Assembly: GCA_051294905.1 (NCBI GenBank)
Contig: CM119371.1
Location: 15,130,001 to 15,194,000, forward strand
Length of the DNA: 64,000 nt
Direction of reading: 5' to 3'
From: Botryllus schlosseri
Taxonomy: Eukaryota
Shown here: piece after piece, positions 51,648 through 64,000 of the stretch
Position numbering within the stretch: position 1 is the stretch's first letter
Layout of the letters: each line of letters opens with the position of its first letter
Notes under the pieces: model-generated
Database searches by the model: none
Told to the model about the DNA's origin: nothing
Seen by the model: the letters and a program-made list of their open reading frames with translations, nothing else
Translations under genes and position numbers: made by a program

Positions 51648-52856
51648 CACCAACCAGTCTTCAAGGATAAATAATAGTACAATCTAGGCTACAATAGATA
51701 TGCTGCAAAAGTAAAGATAGCAGTTATTGAATCAATAGGAGTCAAAATACACACATAATTAATATCACATCCTTTCAGACTGGAACTATCAAATCGCAAG
51801 GATCTTGATCTTGCTTCATCTAATGTAACTGATCAACAATGACATGCAAACTATACAATAGAGATAAGTACTGCTTCGAAATTAAATATACTTATGATGT
51901 TGTATCAGTCAGTGCTGTAAGCCAGGGTTGTAATGACTCGAGTCATGACGAGTCACGATTTTCTGATGGTTTAACTTGACTCTAGTCAGTTTCACAAAAT
52001 ACGCAATACGTATTGACTTGACTTGGACTCAAGTCATTGCGCATGACTCGAACCAAGTCATATGACTCGAGAATCAGACGGCTAAGACCGACATTTCATT
52101 ATAATGTCTGAGAATAGTATAAAGTAACTGCACTATTGATATTCCGTCTATTGGTTTGATAGTGTACTTCAAAATTCGACCAAAACTGCTAAAAGTGAGC
52201 AAAATTAGTATAAATGGGAACCCTTCGATATCGCTAAACAGAATTATAAAAAGTGGGTGTAACAAGACGTTAACTGGGAGCTGAGCAGTCAACACAAGGA
52301 CTTGACTCGGTGGTGAATTGAAAATGACTCGACTTGACTCGATACAAAACTATAAAAGTGAGATTGACTTGTGACTCGGAGTCTTCTGACTTGGTTACAA
52401 CCCGGCTGTAAGCTGGTACATAACAAATAACTCAACAGAAAATTGACAATAATACGCTCGGATGTTGAATAGCACCTCCAGCATCCTCTGCAGATGGATG
52501 CTAACGCTAATCTGACATTGAAGCAAGAAAGACGGTCGACCGGGTAGGGGAACTCCCGTGTTTGTCTGTGGCTTACTCCCGCCAACTGATGGCGTGAATT
52601 TATCGTACCAGCGTCTTGCTGCAGAAAATTTACTTATTTCCTAGATACAATAGTTACGAACTTACGACCTCTTTACTGGGTCGTATTGACTGCGATACAA
52701 CGCGCGATAAGGTTGAAAGAACGGTACAGTATGAAAAGAACCACGTAACAGTGAAAACGTATTTGTCATTCCATAATCCATATCTATTTCACGCGGAACA
52801 CGACGAAATTTTGGGACTTTACTTAACTTTTGGGAGAAGTAAATAAGTGTTGGTAC

Positions 52857-54881
52857 CAGGGCTGTGGAGTCGGTAAATTTTACCACCAACTCCGGCTCCG
52901 ACTCCGACTCCACACATTTTCAATATACCGACTCCGACTCCGACTCCGACTCCTGAGTCTTTAAATGTACCGACTCCGACTCCGACTCCTGGGTCTTTAA
53001 ACGTACCGACTCCGACTCCCGACTCCGACTCCAGCATTATTACCAATTTACTTCGAAAATTATATGCCACATTGTCGGTTGAAAGACTATCATACAACCA
53101 TTAAACATATGCAAACATATGATTAACTGTGGCGTGCTAAATTGTTTCATTGTGGCACAGCTCGAATTATCCACTATGCAATTAACATGAAATAAAGATT
53201 TGCTAAATATCCTTCCTTATTCAAGTTTTTATAACATGGACTCTCCAATATCCTGAAATGTATGAATCATTCAAATATGGCAGATATCCAATCCTGTATA
53301 ATAAAAATGTAGACAAAAAATCCAAGTGTAGCTCTTGTGTATGACTCGGCAACTAATAAAGAAATTGAACTTACTCATTGCACACTATCCTGATTACAAG
53401 CACAAACACTCTTACTGCTAATAATAGACATTGGTCATAAATGGAATTTAGTTAAGTAGTCAAAGACCATAGCCTATGTCTAGTCTACATGTACTTAATC
53501 AAGTATTCAAGGATTGGGACTAGCAGTCTTTCTTAATCATTTGTTCGACCCAAACAGCTAAGCTACAGTACAAATATTTTTAATTTTGTCAAGTGGGAAG
53601 CATCGTTTGGTCATATTTACACCATTTTCACAATTTTACAAAACCAGCCGATGCATTTTCTCTGTCACAGTATCATGATATAATTCCAAAAATTGCATCA
53701 ATTTTGAATGCATCGCGAAAAAGCATCTTGCGATTTTCTTCCCCACTGCAACTGAGTTGTAATTTGCAAGTAATGTCTAATTTTATCTATATCAGGGGTG
53801 GGCAACTTTTTCGGCGAAAGGGACACCTGAGATTTACGAACCATTGCGCGGGCAACTGGAATGTTGATTACCTTTTTTTAGTCGTCGATAGGAGCGAACT
53901 GAATTAGGTAACATTGCAAACAAGACTTATATTAATACGCTCTAAAATTGATAACAATATGTCATGCAACCGTGCAGTGCGCAATCAGGCCCTGGTTGCG
54001 CGAAGCGCGAATTTTTTTTGCAAGATAACGACTAAATTAGGCTATAGCTATATCAATAAATATGTCGGTAACATACATTGGGGGTCGCATCTGTACTGTA
54101 TACCACTTGGGCTTATTTGGCTAGGACAGGATTATTCGACGTTTAGACATAGCAAAATCGACGGTATCAGTGAACATGCCTCTATCATTTTGTGCAAATG
54201 TTTTGTCGACGATCTCGCTGCGAGTGCACAAGCGAAGCCGTATCTCCTAATTGCGAATATAGTTAGACTCAATTCTGTGAATAATATGTATTTATAATTT
54301 TCAGAAGGGGGCTCAAATACTGAATGCAAGAAATCTAATGACAATGAATCATGCGAAGTACCGAGAAAAATTTCAAGTCAAATAAATCTGCTATGAAATA
54401 TTCTACTTTATGGGCATATAGAAAGATCTGGGATAAATGTGGCTGACCCCTGGATACGTCAACGCGTCAGAACTGTTGTTTTAGTCATCATCAAATTTCG
54501 CGGTCATGCTAATCAAATTTTGGTTGGCCTTGCAATTGTACCTGATGTCATAAATAATTTCGAGAAATACGTCGCAGGCCACACCTAACCTTCTCGTGTG
54601 CCAAATTTGACGTGCGTACCACGGGCTGGCCGCACCTGATCTGTATGGTTAATAATGATAGTGATTGGTGGTACATAAAAATTCTATTGAAAATTCTTTG
54701 AAAGCAAATGTTGGAGTCGGAGTCGGAGTCGAAGTCATAGTCATTCTCACAAACTCCGACTCCGACTCCAGTCAGTATTTTCCCACCGACTCCGACTCCA
54801 GCTATTATAGTTTTCACGACTCCGACTCCGACTCCATCAAGCGAAAATTACCCCGACTCCGACTCCGACTCCACAGCCCTG
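52857..54881. mobile_element. (GACTCC)n-bearing hAT-type MITE with nested MITE at 53793-54638
   Basis: TIR cagggctgtggagtcgg / ccgactccacagccctg, perfect TSD gttggtac, empty site at about 24216. Inner element TSD atctatat / atctgtat. Confidence 0.88.
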
Positions 54882-56659
54882 GTTGGTACCCCACAATATC
54901 AGTCTCTAAATTCCATTGTCTCGCTGTCTCCCTGCCTCTCTCTCTCTAACTTTGCATTCGCAATGGAAGAATATAATACTTCTACTTTACAAACTTTAAA
55001 TAGCGAAAAGAGTGTAAGTCACAACACATTAGAACCAGTAGATGTATCGAAAAAATTGATTTACTCGGTAGTGCAAGAAGTAGAGAAGAACTAGTTGAGG
55101 ACTGCCATGCCCAAAAATAAAGTAGTTAGGTGACCGTCAACGAAGTGGTAGTTTGTACAAGTCTGCTGGGGGCGTTATTCCTGCACCTGCTCATATCAAC
55201 AGTGCAGGTTGTCAACAAGCCTTGGTCATTACTCATTATGGACCAAGGTTACATCGCTGTCGATGTATCTGGCAGCACACTTCGTTTATGCTGCCGTGCA
55301 TTACTCATCCCTGGTACTCAAGTAGAAGGGACGTCTGGAGTTTTCCCGCATAATAAAAATAGAAGTAACGACGTTTAATTCAAAGGTTGTCAAACAGCTG
55401 CAAGTGGAAGTAAAAAATGGTTGTTAGAGAAATAACCAATTAGGGCCTTGAGTACTGAATAAAATATATTTGATTGAGTGCTGGAATTATCTCAACGAGG
55501 AGGAGGGTTCTTTCAAAATTACAGGGAATATCTTCACGATTACTGCAAAATAACTACAAATCGCTGCAATTTTCAAAAATCACTATATTCCGTGATGCAG
55601 TCGCCATAGCCCAGTTGGTATTTTACTCATACAGGCGATGGGAACATACTGCAAATTTACAATCTACATCACAAAATCTAAAATTCATACAATAGTTTTG
55701 TCTAGAAATTTAGTCGGCGAGGAGTCTAACATCACACGAACTTGAGTACGGTAAGTGGTGCAATTGTGCAGAACCTAATTGAGTTCTCCCAAAAATTAGA
55801 AATAAGGTGTTACTGAAAATCTCTGCTTTAGCGGCTCCAATCCGACGCAAGTGCACGAAATATCTCGTACATCAAATTCCACACTAATAGACCGCCGTGA
55901 AAACGGAGTGATCTCTGAACTTCGCCACATTCGACTGAACAGCATCGCAACAGTTTAGCCATTTCAAATATAATTCATACCTAACTTTGTTAAACTCTGT
56001 TGAACCCTAGACTTGGACAACTAGAAAATTTTCAGCTTTTCCAAATTAGACTACTGACATTAGACAACTAGAATTATCTATTTGTTGAAGTCTGTGTCTA
56101 ACAAATAGGTAATCTGTTGGATAGACATACATGCAGAACGCTGAGTTTGCTTCAGAATTTTTTATTGTGGCTCCAAGCTCTGAAGTTGGTCAAAACGGAA
56201 CGTGGGTATACAACACATGGAATAAACGGTAAACACTTGAAACGATTAAGAGTCAATGACGAATATGGTCAGGATTGTCAATTCGGATTCGCCGTTTTGA
56301 TGAGGTTACGTTTATAGAGGTTGGATAAGGGTTAGGTGTAGGACTCGATTTATTAGGCCAACAATATAACATAGCCAAGTGTTACTCGAAACTGCTTCAT
56401 TTCTGTTATTCTAACGATTTAAACTGTACTTTTACATGTATGACCTGAAAAACACCAATTTTGTCATACAAATGAGATGCAATCAGATTGAACGAAACAC
56501 AATGTGATTTCAAATCCACAGAGAAATCAGTTTGAAGTTTTAGCACAACTAAAGTTATACCATGCTCAATGAATATTATTTACACAAAGCATTCAGTTAT
56601 GTTCGAATATGCAACGTCCTCCTTGGAGAGGCACGGCATTCAGTTGAAGAATCAGTGAT

Positions 56660-57464
56660 CTATACTTTCACCATCGCAGATCCGTGAAGTCGGAAAGTTG
56701 GGTCTGTACCGTCATCCACTGTATACCATTTCCAATTTATCAAATCGTACTTCCCAATGTAATAAGATTTGATGTACCCATCAATTATATAAATCCAGTT
56801 GCCGATGTGATAAGCTGCGCTGCAAATTCCACAATGCAAAGATGGCAATGAAGTCCATTGAGCCGAGGTGACATCGTAGCATTGTACAATATCAACCATA
56901 GAAAAGTACCTCATCCCACCTATCACAAATATCTTTTGATCAATTGCAACAGCACCAGAGTTAGACACAGTATATCCCAATGGTTCAAGGTCAACTCATT
57001 GTGACGAAGATGGAGTGAATCTGCAGAATGAAGAAAGTTCGACACGATCTCGCCAGCCTCCTATACAATAAATGGAATCATCCAGTGATACAAGGCTTGC
57101 ATCACAAATTGCTGTAGGCCTTTTTTGAAGTTGAATCCATTGATTTGAAGATGTGTCAAATCTTTCCACATCGTTTGATGCTTTGTCAAAACTTCCACTG
57201 CCGATGACAAATATGGATCCTGACAATGACACTGAGCAAGGGAGTGACCCATGGTCAAAAATCATGTCTTTCATCTTTTGCCAATTTGATTTTTTTCTCT
57301 TAAAATTGAGTCGGTGAACGGATCTATCCTGACATAAAATGTAAATGTAGAGGTCGAGAACAATTATTGCAAATTGACTGAAATGCCGAAACTTTGCATC
57401 GTGAAACTTGGTTATTTTCTCAGAAATTGGATTAAAGGATCGAATACAATCGGTGTCCCTATCA
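56660..57464 (-). pseudogene. Kelch-only remnant A'' (duplicate of A') with nonsense codon; BTB/BACK half lost
   Basis: Aligns to 32369-33174. TGG>TGA at 56996-56998. Homology ends abruptly at Gypsy pol. Confidence 0.9.
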
Positions 57465-60400
57465 GCATCGACGAGAACCTGTGGTAAGGACGCAAGCTAG
57501 CCGGCATGGTGCGGAGATCGGTCGGGAATCCTTCACTGATGAACAGGTTCAGTTGCTGAAGGTCGCTATCAGAAGAGGTAGCTTCACGTACCATGTCCCA
57601 TGTGACAACTGTCGTCGAGGCCCGAAGACTGGCAGTAACGGCAGCAACGGTTGAAGCATCGTCAGCAAAGTCTGGCTCATCGTCGATCAGTCTCGGAATC
57701 TTGGACACGGCGGTAGAGCGGCGCGGTGTGACATCAGTTTCGGGTGCCTCTCCGGGCAGCTCAAGTCTGACGGGAGGGCCATGCGGGTTCCTGAATGCAG
57801 CGTCTGCAACGTGATTGCTCTTGCCGGGCACGTGGACGATATGAAAGCGGTATCCAAGGGTTGAGGAGCCGTCTGTTGGTGATGTCCGACAGAGACCTGT
57901 CGTTGAAGACCCGCACAAGAGGCTTATGATCGGTGGCGACGATCAGCTGGGTGCACCCAAGGACGTAATACCTCGTTTGGTGGAGGGCATATGCGACAGC
58001 CAGTTCTTCGCCCTCAATGCGGGCGTATCTGCTCTCCGCTGGGTGAGTTCCGACCAGGCACAGTTTCCATCCATCCGGACAACAGGTCGGCGTCACAGTA
58101 GCACACTTGCAGTACTTCTGTGTCATGAAAAAGCCAATCCCGGTGACAGACCACATCAGTCGCGAGGCACGTTGGTCGGCTAGGGTCAAAGAGTCTCACA
58201 CCATTCTCTATTTCAGAAATAATCGCTTCTTTTGAATGCTGGAAGGCGCGTTCCAATTCTTCAGACCAAGCAAATTTCCGGGCCGGTTTCAGCAGGTCTC
58301 TGAATAGCGTCATCTGCTGTGCCATGGCAAAGGTGTACGCTGCTTGATTCACCAGTCCGAACCATGCTCGCACCCCGGTAATGTCAGCAGGTGTAGGGAA
58401 GTCCCTTATTGCGTTGAGGAACTTGGTGCATGGGCGGATGTTGGTCATAGAGATCGTCAATCCAGCAAAGTCCACGTCTTCTTGTGCGAATTCAAATTTC
58501 TTTGGATTCAGAGTGATGCCATTGCGGGCACATAAATCAAGCCATCGGCACGTCTGAAGAAAAGCAGTTTCAATGTCCTCCGCCCACATGCAAGTGTCAT
58601 CGACACACTTCACTTCGTCTGGGAAGTCGGAGATGATTGCGTCGAAACGTTGATTATATGCGTCACCACTCGCCAGGAAGCCTCGCGGTGCAACCTTGTA
58701 TCGATAGCGTCGCCATGGTGTGATGAAGGTCGTGATGTGTCGGTCCTCCTTCCTGATTGGCACGGAGTGGTAGCCGTTCCAGGCATCGGTTACGGTTTTC
58801 AGCATGCCCTGGGGTACTCGATCCGCTAAGTGGAACGGCGCCCGGACATGGTATGTTTGTCGTACAGAGTGCTTGTTCTGAGGTTACAGGTCGACCGTGC
58901 GCGTCGGAGAACCATCTGCCTTGCCGGTGACAACCATCCGTGAGCACCATGTGCTGGGGGTATTTGTACCGACCCTTTCGAGCACTCCTAAGCATACATC
59001 CCACTCTTGGTCAGAGTGCACCTGTTCTTGCCAGTGAATGGGGACCAGAGCGGGTTTGTGCGTCGCGACGGGCGTGGCATCCGGGTCAACATGCAGATGC
59101 AGCTCTTTTCCTGTCATCAGTGGCAGAGGTTGGTGTTCGCATACATTGAACATAGTCGAGCCGTAGCAATCCAGTAGCCAGCCCTACAATCGGGTCGACA
59201 TGCTCCCTAGTTGGCTTTAATCCAGGAGGTAGGGTGTCGGGAAGGGGCGGTGGCTGAGGTTCACGGCAAGGGCAGGAGCAGGCAGGATCATTTTCTTCGA
59301 TCGCTGCCGTCGTATGAACATCCTGCGAGCCACGATTGTACGGGAAGTCCTCCGGTATGATGCCGAGCGTGACTATGGCTTCCCTGCAGAGGTAGGACAC
59401 ATAGCACATGATGCGGGCTGTCCTCGCATTCCCACCGGGTGCCGCGAAACTGATATCCACAGCGATTCCACCAACTATGCCCAGGTCTGCATGAGATGGG
59501 CCCTCCATGATTAGCTTAAAAGGGAGCAGATCACGGCGGTTGATGCCCAGTCGCATAGCGATGAACAAGGGAATGATAGAGCTCTGGCAACCCGTGTCAG
59601 CTACCATGTAAGTCCGGATGGAAGAAAGCCGAGCGGAGGTGCGAATGGGGTGACCCAGCAGAGAATGTACATCGGGAGGCAGGCTTATCGAGACCAGTAT
59701 GACAGGGTGAGGTTTGGATGGCCGTACTTTCCAGCCATCATCGAACACGTGATGATCGAGTCTATTCACCATAGCTGAAAGTGATGCAATCTGTTTTGCC
59801 TTGAGAGAATCCAAGGGGCAGCACAGGGCGTCATTCGAGAGCTGAGAGTCGATGCAGCTAGCAGTTCTTTCGGCAGGGCTGGATGAGGATTCACTCTGGG
59901 CCTCCGACTGCTTGGACTTATGCTTCGCGCAAAGCCGGTACGATTTATCCTTGTGGCCCCATTTCCCACAGGCTAGGCATTGCCTGCAGCAATTTGTGAA
60001 ATGGCTTTTGGATGAGCATTTCGTGTACAGTGAATGCCAGGCTTCACACTTGCTTTTCCGTGCGTCACAGTCGTTGCGGGAGGCATGGGCCCGTCCGCCG
60101 CAGGCCCAGCACGTCCTGGAAGGTTGAACGGCAGCTGTAGACTGTGATGTCGCAGGGAAATTACCGACCTCGGAGTGAGTCGGAGACAGTGTCTTCCAGG
60201 GAGCGGTCTGTGGCAGCATCACCAAGGATATCAGAGAGGATATCGGGATCGGCGATGCCCCGAATAAGGTTGTCCTTTATGATCTCAGAACTGTAATAGA
60301 AGACGTGGTTGCAACCTTCCTCCCGACAGGTCGATGTGTACTGACACATGGCAGCTTGACCACACAGGCTAGCAAGAAAGGTGCGGATGCTAGAGCCGGG

Positions 60401-60840
60401 GGTTTTAACCATCTTGCTGAGCCTGAGGCGATGCACTAGTATACTTTCGTGTTTCACAGCCAAGCGCTAGACCGCAGCGAGCAGATCTTCAACTGTCATG
60501 GCATCAATGTCGCGTCGGATATCCCTTAGTATATCGGCACGTAGCTCGGAGTCACAACAGTGGAAGAGAGCAGTAGAGGCCACGTTGTCGGGGATGCGAC
60601 AGCCAGTTTTGTACATACACCACTCTCTCGTGAAGGCTGACCATCTCTCGGGATCGCATTCCGATGCGATAGTCGGCTTTTCCAATTTGAGCGGGGGCCC
60701 AGGCTCAGTTGTAGCAGTGCCATGAACAGTCCTGTCGTGGATTTCGAGGGCTTTGATGAGGGCAGGAACTAACGCCTCAGCCAAATCCTGTGACTTCCAT
60801 GGGCAGTCCTCAATGGGGCAGTCCAGTTGAGGCATTTTGT
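57465..60840 (-). mobile_element. Ty3/Gypsy retrotransposon (gag-PR-RT-RNaseH), frameshifted, lacking integrase and 3' LTR
   Basis: Gag from 60835 with zinc knuckles, protease VADTGCQSS, RT DAWNGYHSVPI / CVDDT, RNaseH ESRYARIEGE.LAVAYAL / ATDHKPL. Confidence 0.9.
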
Positions 60841-63499
60841 TGATACAGCTGTATTAGAGCGCTAGCCATAAACAAACATGTATGTCTACCTATATTTACT
60901 AAGCATATCAAAGGATGACTAGGATCCGTAGAGAGAGATAGCATGGTTATCTAAAATGTGATAGGAATCTACTGTTTTCGTATCAGAAGCGATTAACTCT
61001 TGAAAATTTGTGAAAGCGTTTCATTTGCAACAATGCCAATTTCATATTATGAGGGTAATTACGGTAGGGCCTACGGAGTACGGAGTGGTTCCAGTGCCCG
61101 TACCAGATTTTGATTATATTTCAGTGTGATTGTGAATTCAATGATTACAGAAATGCCGATGAGGCTACTGATATAAAAAAAACACTGTTTAGATAACAGT
61201 CGCTTCCAGGGTCGATATTGATGTATCTCAATTTTGTTATTTGGTGATTGTTTAGTTTCTCAATAATGGTTCATTGTAATTGGACACTAATCGACCGTGA
61301 CAGACATCGCGCTTCGCACGTACTCGCCTGGCTGCACGCTGCGAGCGGGAGCTAAAGTTGTTTGCTTGTATTTGTTAATCTTTCTAAATCATAGTGTGAT
61401 TGGGGTTATTGCCTATTAGCATACCGGTACAATAAAACTGTAATCACACTCATACTGTGTATTGCGTGGGATTAATTAGATATATCACTTAATAACGACT
61501 GAGCCACTCAGGAGCACCTGAAGAGCGCAAAGTGGGGTTAGTGGTGCAGTAATACTCATAAATGGAAATGGGAGCTCTGCAATCAGACACAGCGCAGGTA
61601 TCGCGCCAACTCTAAACCGTAGAACCTACTATACTGAACACCTGACGAAGCTAAACAGCAGACCAAAACAAAATTCCACGCATCTAAACGGAAGAACAAG
61701 GTCAAAGGAGCTTGTAATACAATATGGTGGACCGAGTGAAACTGCTGGCCAGGGGGACCAAGATTACATTACATTTATTACTGCGATTTTCACCAGTTCC
61801 ACAGTCTGCTCGTTCCGACGTTTAGATACGAGTCATATGTCTTGGTCCAACATGCAGTATTATAAATTCCGCCATTTAGAGTCGGCGGCAATCGAAATAT
61901 GCTTACATATTAGCCGAACATATTAAAAAATAATAATCGGTTTTGTACTCATCTTCACGCATCTAACGATGATTTAAGAAATTTCAATACTCAAAATTAA
62001 TGAACGGCCCCAGCATGATAACGCAGTCATCTGAAAGAAGATAGTTTTAGTCTTTAACCTGACCGCATGGATTAATGGTAGCAATTTCATATAGAATGTC
62101 GACGAATACATTAGCTCTAAGCATGCTTCATTAGAATCCAAGTTCCAGTACCCAAAATAGGCAACTTGCATGACCTCAGTTTGACACAACATACCTCAGT
62201 ATGAAGAAAAATTCTGCATGATACAGGACCTTGACGAGCAGTAGACCACATGTTTGAAGCAATTAAATTTCGGAATTTACACCTTTCTCATCTGCACTAA
62301 CCTGAGATTGTATTCCGAGCGCCAAAATACATGACCATAGTTTCAACACAGAGGTTGTATAGAAAAATCTGGCAGTTCATAGTATCGGTTCTGGTGCCCC
62401 AACATTATCGATTATTTTGGTATTTGGAATTAGTGTACTACTTCGGCACGAAAACATTATACGATTATTACCAGCTATTGAACTTTCTGAGCTGCTCATG
62501 ATGTATTGCGCTATAACAGGTGAAACTTGTCTCGTGTGTGCCTCACCTGTCCTTTCGCACTTCCATAATTTAACAATAAACATGCAAATTGCAGAATATC
62601 GTATGTAGTGTCAGAGTGAGGATATTTAAAATGAGTATCACTATAGAAACAAAATAGCAATATGCATTGAACGTTTCTAGAATTCTACTTATCCTGATGA
62701 CAGGTGAGAAACTGTTTCATCAGGCATCCCTCACCGCGCGAACCTGAGACGCTGCCCTGCCCTGGCAGAATGAACCCAATTTAATGTGAGTAGGCAAGCA
62801 AGCAACAAGAACAAAAACAAGCATGATCGAGGGGAACTCCCCAGTTTGTTCAGTGAATTTCTCTGGCCATCTAGCGACTAATTCAACTGAATTCAAGGTT
62901 GGCGGATAGCTATAAATATTATGGCCCAAAAACATGCAATGACATTCTTTCAGCCTTGGAGCACATGTCTTTTTCGTTATTTTAGTAAACCTTATTTCCA
63001 TTGGGTGTCTGATCCAAGTTATTTCGACACCTTCCTATCTTTTCAATTCCACCCAATTCCACTGGTTGGAATTGAACCAAATTTGGTGAGCATCGTTTCT
63101 ATAGACAGCCTAACACTTGCATGGGGTTAACAGAAAATTTTCAAATTTTTTGTTATTTATTTTTACATAATAAATAGAATCTTTCTTCTCCTGTAGCAAA
63201 GCGGTTACTGGCTGGAATTATAGAATGTAAACATGGAATGGCAGCGACCGATTTTGCAGCTTCGTTCCGCTTCGCTGAAGCTTTACTCAGACTTATTTTA
63301 CGGCAGCTACTGTAGGATTTCTGGCAATCCAAAAGTTGTCTTCCAGAGCTCAGAATTTACTGAATCTGGTCTTCATCGAAAGCTACTGTCGCACTGATTC
63401 CAAAAATGTAAATAAAAATATGATCAGGCACTGAACCGTTTACAATGTCTTTACATCGCTGCCAAAATCCATCCGAAGAGCTTCTTGGAGGTACAGAAC

Positions 63500-64000
63500 T
63501 TCAATATACAATTAAATAGTATATTCATATTGAAATGAACCCGAATATTTTCGGCTGACACTCGTCAGGGGTAATCGTCAGCAACTAGTAGAGAATTGGA
63601 AAGAACATTGTATATCAACAATCGTATCACAAAATATGACGTCACCAGCATGAAATTTCGAATGAGAGAGCGTTCAATGTACTATTTTTAGGTGATACAC
63701 GAACTCCTTTTGTTGACAGAGTTGGAAGAACGTCAAGACGTCTGCAGGACCGCATAAACCAACATGTCCCCAGATTTATCAGAACACGTGCGTCACGCGA
63801 TGTGAAAAGCTCACCCTTAACTCATCCACTCAAGATTGATGCTGATCGATCAAAAGCCATTAATTCTGCCATCGGCAAACATCTGTTGGATAATCCGATT
63901 TGTGCGAATAATTATCGAGACGACCGATTCCGAATCGTAGGCCGAGGCCGTTCACAATTCCATTTGTGTGCCTTGGAATCAACTTTTATCAAAATACACC
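63500..64000. mobile_element. Penelope-like element fragment: GIY-YIG region (+) abutting an inverted copy of its 3' end (-)
   Basis: Plus strand 63721-64000 reads VGRTSRRLQDRINQHVP...SAIGKHLLDNP.CA..Y...RFRIV..GRSQFHLCALESTFIK. Minus strand 63721-63674 reads LCQQKEFVYHLKIVH*. Confidence 0.85.
63539..63572 (-). ncRNA. Minimal type I hammerhead ribozyme motif (Penelope-associated)
   Basis: Minus strand: ACCC-CUGACGA-GUGUCAGCC-GAA-AAUAUU-C-GGGU. Intact core, 4-bp stem I, palindromic stem III, weak stem II. Confidence 0.65.

Noticed and set aside
52819..54949. GV-rich and DS-rich ORFs
   Set aside because: Translations of the (GACTCC)n MITE repeats.
57412..57918. Functional Gypsy-Kelch fusion protein
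   Set aside because: The pol frame enters Kelch out of frame and stops at 57412; the Kelch part also has a nonsense codon.
62693..62724. Hammerhead candidate ctgatga...gaaac
   Set aside because: No stem II; better explained as a simple cctgatga/tcatcagg hairpin.
60960..63490. Possible coding exons or transposase relic
   Set aside because: Short ORFs with stops and no recognisable motif; needs a translated search.

Overview
Eukaryotic, AT-rich invertebrate genomic DNA with spliceosomal intron signals; a tunicate or similar marine invertebrate is a guess, not shown. The backbone is a co-oriented (all minus-strand) tandem array of single-coding-exon BTB-BACK-Kelch (KLHL-like, putative Cullin-3 adaptor) genes. 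It holds five intact ORFs (A1, B, C, B', C'), one frameshifted copy (A'), one truncated nonsense copy (A''), a 36-codon 5' relic, and the start of another copy (A0) running off the left edge. The block [flank X-B-C-A'] occurs twice (about 3.5-34 kb and about 40.2-57.5 kb). Each copy carries its own nested transposons, so each shows the empty sites of the other. Elements seen: hAT MITEs, EnSpm/CACTA, hATm-like, P-like, Sola2-like and Merlin-like DNA elements, an L1/Tx1-type and a CR1/L2-type LINE, two decayed Gypsy elements, and a Penelope-like fragment with an inverted 3' end carrying a minimal hammerhead ribozyme motif. The most interesting signal is the Kelch array itself: paralogues are mosaic and their amino-acid changes cluster in the Kelch loops, as expected for a diversifying substrate-recognition (possibly defence) locus. 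All alignments were done by eye and family names are recalled from motifs, not database searches. About 61-63.5 kb could not be interpreted.
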